Source: an uncultured bacterium
GTDB taxonomy: Bacteria > Chlamydiota > Chlamydiia > Chlamydiales > SM23-39
Length of the DNA stretch: 64,000 nucleotides
Direction: 5' to 3'
Assembly: GCA_964351495.1 (NCBI GenBank)
Contig: CAYGOC010000005.1
Location: 16,407-80,406 of the forward strand
Both the position numbers and the translations under genes were made by a program. Below the pieces are notes generated by a model, which saw only the letters and a list, made by a program, of their open reading frames with translations, made no database searches and was not told the DNA's origin. Numbering within the stretch: position 1 is the stretch's first letter; each line of letters starts with the position of its first letter. Below, piece after piece: positions 46,457 to 55,084 of the stretch.

Positions 46457-47497
46457 ATGGAGAAAACACTAGCGGCTATTTTAGAAAGACAAAACCATCC
46501 TTTATCCTTAATAGAGCTTAATGTCCCTTCTTTGAAGCCGGGACAGGTTTTAGTGAAGATGTGTTATAGCGGGCTTTGTAGAACGCAAATTAACGAGATT
46601 ATAGGTCTAAAAGGAGAAGATCCCTATCTACCCCATACCTTAGGGCATGAAGGCTCTGGAGTTGTTTTAGCTATTGGAGAAAAGGTAGAAAAGGTAAAGC
46701 CTCAGGATCACGTTGTGATCTCTTGGATAAAAAGTAAAGGAGAAGAGGTATCTTCTACTCAGTATGAAAAAGAAAATACAAAGGTCAACTCAGGGGCCGT
46801 TAGTACTTTTCTAACGTATACTATTATTTCAGAAAATCGGCTGGTTTCTATTCCTAAGGATATCTGTTTAAAAGAGGCTGCTCTTTTAGGTTGTGCTTTT
46901 TGCACAGGAGGGGGCGTTATTGTAAACCAGATGAAACTGGAAGAAGGAAATTCTCTTGCTTTATTTGGCCTTGGAGGAATAGGGATGAGCGCTCTTTTAG
47001 CAGCTTCCATGCAAAAAGCTTTTCCTATTATCGCTATAGATATTCAAGAAGAGAAGCTCCAAAAAGCAAAAAAGCTGGGAGCGACTCATACAATAGATGC
47101 TTCTAAAGAAGAAGTACTTTCAAAAATAGAAGAGATTACAGAAAAACAAGGAGTTGATTTTTCTTTAGAATCTGCAGGAAGTATCCAAGCTATGGAACAG
47201 GCCTTTGCCTCTTTAAATTCTAAAAAAGGGGTGTGTTATATTGCGGGAAATGTAAAAAAGAAAAGCACAATCCGGATAGACCCTTTTGATCTGATTTTGG
47301 GAAAAAGAATCTATGGTACTTGGGGGGGAGGGACTGATTTAGACCGAGACATTCCGAAGTATTGTAGGCTTATTCAGGAAGGAAAACTTTCTTTAAAGCC
47401 GTTGATTTCCCATGAAGCTCCTTTGAAAAAGATTAACTCTTTAATAGATCTTGCTAAAGAGAATAAGCTTCAAAGAGCGCTTATCTCTTTTTCTTAA
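46457..47497 (+). CDS. zinc-type medium-chain alcohol dehydrogenase
   Basis: GLCRTQINE...LGHEGSGVV and the GLGGIGMSA Rossmann motif. I chose the ATG at 46457, which has AAGGAG 6-7 nt upstream. Confidence 0.8.
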   Translation: MEKTLAAILERQNHPLSLIELNVPSLKPGQVLVKMCYSGLCRTQINEIIGLKGEDPYLPHTLGHEGSGVVLAIGEKVEKVKPQDHVVISWIKSKGEEVSSTQYEKENTKVNSGAVSTFLTYTIISENRLVSIPKDICLKEAALLGCAFCTGGGVIVNQMKLEEGNSLALFGLGGIGMSALLAASMQKAFPIIAIDIQEEKLQKAKKLGATHTIDASKEEVLSKIEEITEKQGVDFSLESAGSIQAMEQAFASLNSKKGVCYIAGNVKKKSTIRIDPFDLILGKRIYGTWGGGTDLDRDIPKYCRLIQEGKLSLKPLISHEAPLKKINSLIDLAKENKLQRALISFS

Positions 47498-47687
47498 AAA
47501 ACTTTGGGAAGGATGTATTTTTCTTGAAGAACTTTGTAGCTTTTTTCTAAGTCTTTTGAAGTTTCTAAAAGGATTTCATGGTCTTCTAAAAGGGAGGAGA
47601 TTTTGTTCTTTGGTTTTTGTTTTTCTTGCAGCTTTTGTAAAGCTTCTTTGAGATCTTCTACTTTTTTCATATCTTTGTTATAAGAAC

Positions 47688-48908
47688 TTACCGGTTTTTT
47701 TGCATGTATAAAATTGCTGCAAAAAGAGAGGTTAGAGAGGCCAGTAAAAAAGGAAGATTGATTTGAATGTGGGTTGTCACTGCTACTAAAGGAGATAAAC
47801 CCATAGCTAAAGATTGCATTGATTGGCTCATTCCCAAAACTTTTCCTTGCATATGAGATCCTGCTTTTTGTGAAATTTTATTGGTAAAAATAGGCCAACA
47901 AACTCCTGCTAAAATAACCCCGATACCTAAAGATAGAATCAGAAAAAAGACTTTCGTTATGAACATGAAAGAAAAAGTAATTATGGTAATGCAAAAGAAG
48001 GAGGTTTCTAAAATCTTTAAAGCAGAAAAAAAAGAAAGCAATCTTTTTACCAAAAATCCGGCCCCTATAGCCCAACAAACGCCCATAAAGGAAGATATGT
48101 CACCTATTTCCGAGTTGGTAAATTGAAATACTGTAACGGCTAAAACAGGAGTAAACTGCAAAAGGATATTCCAAGAAAAGAGAAATAAAAAAAAGATAAG
48201 ATAGATCCTTTTTAGTTTTTCTATGCTTAGAGCTTTTTGGATATTGCTGATACTTTCCCAAAAATGAAAGGGTTGTTTTTTGTGATGAGTATAGGTTTCT
48301 TGAAAACCAAAAAGTAAAAATAGAAAGTTGAAACCAGAAAAAGCAGCTGCAATCCAAAAGGGTAGAGATTCATTAAAGTAGGGATTTAAAGTAGAGTCAG
48401 AAAATTTTCCTCCTAAGAAAGTTCCAAAGATAAATGAGATGCCAGCTAACATAGCAAGGTATCCAAACCCTTTTGTTCTAGTTTTTTCCTCTTCAGAAAG
48501 GTCTGCCACAGCGGCTAAACAAATAGAAAGGTTCCCGGAAAAAATACCACTAAAAAGTCTTCCTACAAAAAGAAGCCATAAAAGCCCCATTTTTATTCCA
48601 AAAGCACTTGCCACAAGACCTAAAAAAGTGAAACCCACCGTTAAAACAAGCGCTTTTTTTCTTCCCACTTTATCTGCATATTCTCCAATTAAAGGAGCTC
48701 CAAAAAATTGGCCTATCGGGAAAATGGCTAAAAAAAGACCTAAAATAGAGGTTCTTGTCGCCAAAGAAGTAGCTTCAGAAAAAAGGATGTTTTTCGGATC
48801 TAGAAAAAAGGGGGCAAAGATAGGAAATACAATAGACCAACTTAAGTTATCTACGAAGAAGGTAAGATATACAGAGCTTAAAGTGAGCTTTTTCTTTTTT
48901 GAAAGCAT
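47688..48908 (-). CDS. MFS transporter (TetA/drug-H+ antiporter-like)
   Basis: 12 TM pattern, with GEYADKVGRKKAL as MFS motif A. Confidence 0.8.
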   Translation of the reverse strand: MLSKKKKLTLSSVYLTFFVDNLSWSIVFPIFAPFFLDPKNILFSEATSLATRTSILGLFLAIFPIGQFFGAPLIGEYADKVGRKKALVLTVGFTFLGLVASAFGIKMGLLWLLFVGRLFSGIFSGNLSICLAAVADLSEEEKTRTKGFGYLAMLAGISFIFGTFLGGKFSDSTLNPYFNESLPFWIAAAFSGFNFLFLLFGFQETYTHHKKQPFHFWESISNIQKALSIEKLKRIYLIFFLFLFSWNILLQFTPVLAVTVFQFTNSEIGDISSFMGVCWAIGAGFLVKRLLSFFSALKILETSFFCITIITFSFMFITKVFFLILSLGIGVILAGVCWPIFTNKISQKAGSHMQGKVLGMSQSMQSLAMGLSPLVAVTTHIQINLPFLLASLTSLFAAILYMQKNR

Positions 48909-48973
48909 TTTGTTTCTCTTTCTTATTTATCCTTTAGCAAAAATAAAAAATAAAAAGGAAGGTTTTTGTTTTT

Positions 48974-49492
48974 CTATGTTTGGTTTTTTTTGTTTTTTCG
49001 GATGTGTAAAATTACCAGGATTAGAATTGCCAAAATAAGAACGGGGATAGCAAAAGCATAAAAAAACTTGATAGCTATAGCTACAATGAGAGCAAAAAAA
49101 CCTAAAGTAAGCCCAATTAAAAGAAAGGACCATTCTACATAAATTCCAATGGTAAACACAGTCAAAGAGAGCATAGTCAAAGCAATAAGGCCTGCTAAAG
49201 ATCTACTAAGAAGGCCTGTTTTTACGTATACTTCTAAAAGGAGAATTGAAGCTAAAAGTCCAATCCAATGTAGCAGTTCATGCCAAAGGGTAATGGGGCT
49301 TAAAGTTTCTTTATTTTTTCTTTCATACCAAGAAAGCCAAAGAGCTAAAAAAGCATTTATAGGAACAATCCACTTCCAATAATTCCAGCCCCCTAAATAT
49401 TTTATATCGGTTATGATAACGCCCACAAAAGCTAAAAGGAGCATTATTGTACCTACTGTGAGCCTGGCTATCCAAGGATGTTTTGCTTTCAT
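48974..49492 (-). CDS. hypothetical polytopic membrane protein
   Basis: ORF track. 4-5 hydrophobic helices; no family recognised. Confidence 0.5.
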   Translation of the reverse strand: MKAKHPWIARLTVGTIMLLLAFVGVIITDIKYLGGWNYWKWIVPINAFLALWLSWYERKNKETLSPITLWHELLHWIGLLASILLLEVYVKTGLLSRSLAGLIALTMLSLTVFTIGIYVEWSFLLIGLTLGFFALIVAIAIKFFYAFAIPVLILAILILVILHIRKNKKNQT

Positions 49493-49531
49493 AATTTGAA
49501 GCTATAAGATTTTTTTAGAATGTGTCAATAG

Positions 49532-50218
49532 TTATTCTAAAGACCAGTTAATGGGCTTTATCCCTTTTTTTTCTAGGTACTCGTTTGTTTTGGAAAAGGG
49601 TTTTGAGCCAAAAAAGCCAAAAGAAGCGGAATACGGGGAAGGATGAGCTGAAGAGAGCACTAAGTGATCTTTGGGATTTTTCGCTAAGACGTTTGTATAT
49701 TTATCCTGGGCAGATTTTCCCCAAAGGATAAACACTAAAGACTCTTTTTTTTCTGCTAAAAGGGTAATGACTGCATCGGTAAAGGTTTCCCAACCTTTAC
49801 CAAAATGGGATTTGGGCTCTTTTTTTCTAACGGTTAAAGTAGCGTTGAGAAGAAGGACTCCTTCTTTTGCCCAGGGGAGTAAAGAGCCTTCTTTAGAAGG
49901 CGGAACTTTCAAGTCTTGCTGTAATTCTTGAAAGATATTTTTCAAAGAGGGAGGTAAAGGCACTCCTTTTTGAACGCTAAAAGAAAGACCATGAGCCTGA
50001 CCCTCCCCATGATAGGGATCTTGTCCTAGAAGAACTACCTTAACTTGATCAAAGGGGGTTTGGCAAAAGGCGTTGAAAATAAGAGAAGAAGGGGGATAAA
50101 TAGTCTTTTGTTCTTGTATTTCTTTTTGTAAAAAAGTTTGAAGCTCTTTCATGTAGGGTTTTTCCCATTCCTCTTGTAAAAGATGGGCCCATTTTTCTTC
50201 CATGCATATAGTGCTCAT
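49532..50218 (-). CDS. ung: uracil-DNA glycosylase
   Basis: LLGQDPYHGEGQAHGLSFSV, LLLNATLTV and SSAHPSPYSA. Confidence 0.9.
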   Translation of the reverse strand: MSTICMEEKWAHLLQEEWEKPYMKELQTFLQKEIQEQKTIYPPSSLIFNAFCQTPFDQVKVVLLGQDPYHGEGQAHGLSFSVQKGVPLPPSLKNIFQELQQDLKVPPSKEGSLLPWAKEGVLLLNATLTVRKKEPKSHFGKGWETFTDAVITLLAEKKESLVFILWGKSAQDKYTNVLAKNPKDHLVLSSAHPSPYSASFGFFGSKPFSKTNEYLEKKGIKPINWSLE

Positions 50219-51150
50219 ACGTTTTTAAACTCACTTTTTTTCAAAAGGGGGTATGCAGATATGATCTCTTGGATTCCTTCTTCTAAGGTTTTTGTGCTTT
50301 TCCATCCAAGCGACTCTAATTTTTCATTACTCACAATATAGTTTCTTTGGTCCGGATCTTTTCCAATCTCTGCTGCATGGATATAAAGATCGGGAACATA
50401 TTTTCGAATGGTTTGGGCGAGCTCTTTTTTACTTAAGTTAGCAGAAGAGAGTCCTACGTTAAAAGCCTCTCCTTTCATTTTGTCAAAATTACAAATAGCA
50501 AATAAAAAAGCCTTTGCTACATCTTTTACGTGGATGTAATTTCTTTTGAAATGTTCTTCAAAAAGAACGAGAACCTTTTCGTGGCAAGCTCTGAAAGTAA
50601 AGTCATTTACTAAAAGATCTAAACGCATTCTAGGAGAGATTCCAAAAACTGTAGCCAGTCTTAAAGAAACAGCTCTTTTTGTTTGAAGAAGCTCTTTTTC
50701 TGCATCCACTTTTAATTTTCCGTATAAGGAAACGGGATTTAAGGGAGTTTTTTCTGTGCAGAAGATCTCTTTTTGTCCTATTCCGTACCCACTATTACTA
50801 TTGGGAAAAATCACTTTTTGTTCTTGTTTCAAGTAACGTAAAATCAGTAAAACCGCATCGTAGTTGACCAGTTTTGCCACGGAAGGGGAAGCCGCGCAAA
50901 TGGGAGCTCCCACCAAAGCAGCTAAAGGAATGATCACATCGGCCTCTTTCATTAAAGAGGCGATTAAGGGTTCATTTTGTGCATCTCCCTTCACAAATCG
51001 AAAGTTGGGACTTTCAAAACAGGGAAGAAGAGAAGTTGGACTATATAAAAGGCTATCTAAAACGGTTACAAAAAAACCTTCCTTCAAAAGAAGGGGAACC
51101 ATTACGGAGCCTATATAGCCGGCTCCTCCTGTTATTAAAACGTGTTGCAT
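50215..51150 (-). CDS. NAD-dependent nucleotide-sugar epimerase/reductase (extended SDR)
   Basis: ITGGAGYIGS and YGKLK (YxxxK). Overlaps hddC-like upstream and ung downstream. Confidence 0.8.
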   Translation of the reverse strand: MQHVLITGGAGYIGSVMVPLLLKEGFFVTVLDSLLYSPTSLLPCFESPNFRFVKGDAQNEPLIASLMKEADVIIPLAALVGAPICAASPSVAKLVNYDAVLLILRYLKQEQKVIFPNSNSGYGIGQKEIFCTEKTPLNPVSLYGKLKVDAEKELLQTKRAVSLRLATVFGISPRMRLDLLVNDFTFRACHEKVLVLFEEHFKRNYIHVKDVAKAFLFAICNFDKMKGEAFNVGLSSANLSKKELAQTIRKYVPDLYIHAAEIGKDPDQRNYIVSNEKLESLGWKSTKTLEEGIQEIISAYPLLKKSEFKNV

Positions 51151-51848
51151 AAATTAGGCAGTAGGGTTTGAGCTTGTTGAAAAGATTGTTCTGTTCCTAT
51201 GTCTACAAAACCGGCAAGGCAAGGATGCATAAAAAAACGCTTTTGTAAAAATAAGGGAAATGCCTCTTTTTCTAGGGAAAAGGAAGCTTTTTGAAAAGGA
51301 AGGGTAGAAAATAGATTTTTTCGGAAAAGATACGTCCCGCAGCTAATCCATCCTTTTTTAGCAAAAAGAAGTTTTTCTTCAAAAGAGGTAATTTGATTTG
51401 CAGAATCAACTTCGAGAGTTCCATATCTACTGGTATCTTCCATTTGTTTTCCTAAAAGGGCTATGTCAGCTTTTTTTTCTATAAAGCTTTCATAAAACCC
51501 GGCTAAATCATATTCAGTAAAACAGTCCCCATTCGTAGCTAAAACAAGAGGGGTTTTTACTAAATTTAAGGCTCTTTTTAAAGCGCCCCCTGTTCCTAAG
51601 GGAGTCTCTTCTATAGAAAAGTAAATAGGAAGAGAGGTCTCTTTAAAGTGGGATAGGATCTTTTCTGCTTTATATCCGACAGCCAAAATAATTCTTCCAA
51701 TTAAAGGAAAAGAGGCTAGTTGATTTATCAAAAGGTCTAAAAAGGGAATTCCTTGAATAGGGGCTAAAGGTTTGGGAACGGAAGAGACAATTTTTTGCAG
51801 TCTAGTTCCCAGTCCTCCTGCTAAAACAACGGCATCTATTTTATTCAT
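51135..51848 (-). CDS. hddC: sugar-1-phosphate nucleotidyltransferase, HddC-like (heptose-1-phosphate guanylyltransferase candidate)
   Basis: AVVLAGGLGTRLQKIVSSVPKPLAPIQGIPFLD. Lies directly downstream of the HddA-like kinase gene. Confidence 0.65.
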   Translation of the reverse strand: MNKIDAVVLAGGLGTRLQKIVSSVPKPLAPIQGIPFLDLLINQLASFPLIGRIILAVGYKAEKILSHFKETSLPIYFSIEETPLGTGGALKRALNLVKTPLVLATNGDCFTEYDLAGFYESFIEKKADIALLGKQMEDTSRYGTLEVDSANQITSFEEKLLFAKKGWISCGTYLFRKNLFSTLPFQKASFSLEKEAFPLFLQKRFFMHPCLAGFVDIGTEQSFQQAQTLLPNLCNTF

Positions 51849-51857
51849 CTTGAAAAT

Positions 51858-52859
51858 CTACTTTTTTGTGTAAATCAAAGAGCTTCCTTGTTCTTCCAAG
51901 GCAAAAGGAACTTCAAAGAGAGGGGTAAGTGCTTTTCGCACATTCTCTTTTTTGGAAGAAGGAACCAGCAAAAGTAAGAACCCACTTTGTCCTGCTCCGC
52001 ATAGTTTCCCTCCAAAGGCTCCCGCCTTTTTTGCTTTTTCGTAATACAGATTAATCGTTTCGTTAGAAATTTGAGAAGAAAGTTTTTGTTTTAGACTCCA
52101 GCTATAGTCCAAAAGAGCTCCTATTTCTTCTGCTAAAAAGGGTTTTTTCTTACTCATAAGAATCTTTTTTGCTTCGTAAACAAGTGAGACCATTTCTTCT
52201 AAAAGAGAGTCATTTTTGCTTTCTTTTGTTTTCTTGATCTGTTCTTGGATCACTTTTTCTGCATATCTTGTGGTACCTGTATAAAAAAGCATAAGATTTT
52301 CTGAAAAGGAGGCTTTATTTTCAGGGGGGATTTCTAAAGGGAAAACAGAGATGCTGTCTTGGGAAAATTCGATTAAGTTAAAACCTCCAAAAGAGGCATG
52401 ATACTGATCTTGAGAGCCTACTTTTTCTTGGATGAGTTTTTGTTCTACAAAACAAGCTTCTTTTGCTAAAAGTTCTTTCGAAGGGATTTTCCCTTGTAAA
52501 AATGCTAGAGCATGTAAAAACCCAACCGTAAAAGAAGAAGAAGAACCAAGTCCTGTTCTAGCGGGTAAATCAGAGCAAATATGAACATCCAAAGGTTCAT
52601 CTATCTTATAAAACCGAAGACACTCTCGAATGCTAGGGTGCTCAATTTCTTGTAATACATTAATGGTCTCTATTTTTGAGTAGGCAAGGCGCATTTTATG
52701 AGGAAAAAAAGGACTTGTTTTTTTTACGGTAACGTATGTGTATTGATCTATAGTGGTTCCTAAAACAGCCCCTTTTTTCCGGAAGAAGTATTCTTTGTAA
52801 TCGGATCCTCCTCCAAAAAAGCTTATTCTAACCGGAGTTTTAGAAATTACGAGTGCCAT
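51858..52859 (-). CDS. hddA: GHMP kinase, HddA-like (D-glycero-D-manno-heptose 7-phosphate kinase candidate)
   Basis: SKTPVRISFFGGGSDY N-terminus and the GHMP motif PARTGLGSSSSF. Confidence 0.7.
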   Translation of the reverse strand: MALVISKTPVRISFFGGGSDYKEYFFRKKGAVLGTTIDQYTYVTVKKTSPFFPHKMRLAYSKIETINVLQEIEHPSIRECLRFYKIDEPLDVHICSDLPARTGLGSSSSFTVGFLHALAFLQGKIPSKELLAKEACFVEQKLIQEKVGSQDQYHASFGGFNLIEFSQDSISVFPLEIPPENKASFSENLMLFYTGTTRYAEKVIQEQIKKTKESKNDSLLEEMVSLVYEAKKILMSKKKPFLAEEIGALLDYSWSLKQKLSSQISNETINLYYEKAKKAGAFGGKLCGAGQSGFLLLLVPSSKKENVRKALTPLFEVPFALEEQGSSLIYTKK

Positions 52860-52964
52860 ATGCCGAGATTCTATTACATGAAAGAACCATGGTATCTTTG
52901 AAGATTTTTTTGTCCAAATCTTATTTCTTTTTTGTTACGATTCCCTCTCTATTCAGGAGTGAGT

Positions 52965-54164
52965 ATGCTTTGTAGAGTTTGTGACGGAGGAAGTTTTCGT
53001 TTGGTTGTCGATTTGAAAGAGCAACCCTGGGGGAATCACTTTCTGCAAAAAGAAGAGGTTGGAAAGGAAGAAAAATACCCTCTTAGAGTGATCTATTGTA
53101 ACCAGTGCTCTACCGTTCAATTAGATTACACAGTAAAAAAGGAGGTCATGTTCTCTGATCACACCTATCTTTCCGGAATGACACAGACTTTACGTGATCA
53201 TTTTGACAAAGAAGCAGATAAAGTAGACAGGCGCTTTTTTTTTAATAAACAGAAAAAAAGAGTGTTAGATATTGGCTCTAACGATGGGACACAGCTTTTA
53301 TCCTATAAAAAGTTAGGATATGAGGTAGTAGGGGTAGAGTCGTCTAAAAGAGCAGTAGAAATTGCAAACAGTCAAGGTGTTTTTACCGTTCACGACTTTT
53401 TTAATTATGAACTCGCCAAGAAAATGGAAGGATCTTTGGATGTAATCAACGCAGCAGGCGTTTTTTTTCATTTAGAAGAGCTTCATTCTGTTTGTGAAGG
53501 AATTCAGTATCTTTTACAAGAAAAAGGTGTATTTGTTATCCAGTGTATGTATCTAAAAAACATCGTGGAAAACATTGCTTTTGATCAGATCTACCATGAG
53601 CATCTTCTTTATTATACAATCCACTCTTTGAATACGTTGCTACAAAAGCATGGTCTTATTCTTTTTGATGTAGAAATTTCTCCTATTCATGGGGGATCTT
53701 TAATAGCCTATGCTTCTCATAAAAACGCATACCCCATTTCCTCTTCTTTAAAAAGAAAAGAAGAAGAGGAAAGACTAAGTGGTTGTAATACGTATAGCTA
53801 CTACCAAAAATTTGCTCAAAATATAGAGTCTTTAAAGGAAAAAAATTTACAGTTCTTTGAGAAGAGGAAACAGGAAAAAAAAGTAATTTATGGCATGGGA
53901 GCGCCTGTTAAGGGAAATACTTTACTAAACTATTTTGGAATCGGAACCGATTATATAACCTGCTTAGTAGAGAAGAATCCTTTAAGAAAAGGGCTTTATA
54001 GTCCAGGTATGCATATACCGATTGTACTAGAAGAAAAATTGGAAGTCTTTCCAGACGTTTATTATGTTTTAGCCTGGAACTTTAAAAAAGAGATCCTGAA
54101 AAAAAATAGACCCCTTATTGAAAAAGGCGTAGAGTTTTACTTTCCTATAGGGGGAGACTTATGA
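52965..54164 (+). CDS. NDP-hexose C-methyltransferase (TylC3 family)
   Basis: MLCRVCDGG...CNQCSTVQL zinc-ribbon, VLDIGSNDGTQL, FDQIYHEHLLYYT and PIHGGSLIAY. The ATG at 52965 has AGGAG upstream. Confidence 0.8.
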   Translation: MLCRVCDGGSFRLVVDLKEQPWGNHFLQKEEVGKEEKYPLRVIYCNQCSTVQLDYTVKKEVMFSDHTYLSGMTQTLRDHFDKEADKVDRRFFFNKQKKRVLDIGSNDGTQLLSYKKLGYEVVGVESSKRAVEIANSQGVFTVHDFFNYELAKKMEGSLDVINAAGVFFHLEELHSVCEGIQYLLQEKGVFVIQCMYLKNIVENIAFDQIYHEHLLYYTIHSLNTLLQKHGLILFDVEISPIHGGSLIAYASHKNAYPISSSLKRKEEEERLSGCNTYSYYQKFAQNIESLKEKNLQFFEKRKQEKKVIYGMGAPVKGNTLLNYFGIGTDYITCLVEKNPLRKGLYSPGMHIPIVLEEKLEVFPDVYYVLAWNFKKEILKKNRPLIEKGVEFYFPIGGDL

Positions 54165-55084
54165 GCGTTCTTGTAACAGGTGCCTCTGGATTTTTAGGGA
54201 GATTTTTGGTAGAGACTCTTGAAAAGAGAGGAGAGAAGGTAGTTGCTTTAAATAGCAAAAAAGCAGACCTTACAAAAGAGCTTTCCCTAGAAAAATTTAA
54301 TTCCTACCGCTTTTCTGTTATTTACCATTTAGCAGCTTGGACGCAAGCAGGGGATTTTTGTCTTCGTCATCCGGGAGAGCAGTGGCTTATTAATCAGAAG
54401 ATCAATACTCATATTTTATCTTGGTGGAGTAAAAGACAGCCTCAAGCAAAGATGGTAGCGATTGGGACTAGTTGCTCTTACGACCCTTCTTTGCCTTTAC
54501 AAGAAGAGTTTTACCTGAGTGGCAAGCCCATAGATAGTTTGTTTACCTATGCTATGACTAAAAGAATGCTTCTTACAGGTCTTGAAGCGTTACAAAAGCA
54601 GTTTAATCTTTCGTATCTATATCTTATTCCCTCTACCCTTTATGGACCAAATTATCATGAAGATAAAAGGCAAATGCATTTTATCTTTGATTTAGTTCGT
54701 AAGATTTTAAAAGGAAAGTTTAAAGGAGAACCGGTCACTTTATGGGGAGATGGAAATCAGGAAAGAGAGCTTGTTCATGTACAAGACTTTATTTCTATTC
54801 TTTTAGAATTAACTCCGAAACTGTCTGGAACCTGCATCAATATAGGGGCGGGTGTAGGACATTCTATTCGGCATTTTGCGCAAAGGATCTGTGAAAAGGT
54901 AGATTTTCCTTTTGAAAAAATACAGTTTGATACTTCTAGATACGTGGGAGCTAAGTCGAAAATTTTAAATATAGAGAAACTAAAAGAATTAAAACCCGAT
55001 CTTTCTTTTATCTCTTTAGACGAGGGAATTTCAGGGCTTGTGGAGTGGTTTTGTAAAAAAGAGAACTATAATGCAAAAGTATGA
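54161..55084 (+). CDS. GDP-L-fucose synthase-like 3,5-epimerase/4-reductase
   Basis: VTGASGFLG, GTSCSY, YAMTK and PSTLYGPNYHEDKRQMHFIFDLVRKI are collinear with E. coli Fcl motifs. Confidence 0.75.
   Translation: MSVLVTGASGFLGRFLVETLEKRGEKVVALNSKKADLTKELSLEKFNSYRFSVIYHLAAWTQAGDFCLRHPGEQWLINQKINTHILSWWSKRQPQAKMVAIGTSCSYDPSLPLQEEFYLSGKPIDSLFTYAMTKRMLLTGLEALQKQFNLSYLYLIPSTLYGPNYHEDKRQMHFIFDLVRKILKGKFKGEPVTLWGDGNQERELVHVQDFISILLELTPKLSGTCINIGAGVGHSIRHFAQRICEKVDFPFEKIQFDTSRYVGAKSKILNIEKLKELKPDLSFISLDEGISGLVEWFCKKENYNAKV

Noticed and set aside
47494-47670. 58-aa minus-strand ORF (MKKVEDLKEALQKLQEKQKPKNK...YILPKVF), 17 nt downstream of the MFS gene and below the ORF-track size cut-off
   Set aside because: It is coiled-coil-like and plausible as a small protein. 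However, it has no SD-like element and no recognisable family, and it could arise by chance in AT-rich DNA. I did not list it as a feature. The competing plus-strand ORF 47451..47651 overlaps the ADH 3' end and looks worse.
48439-49038. 199-aa plus-strand ORF
   Set aside because: It lies antisense to the well-supported MFS transporter gene. Its translation is low-complexity and Lys/Pro/Ser-rich, so it is a shadow ORF.
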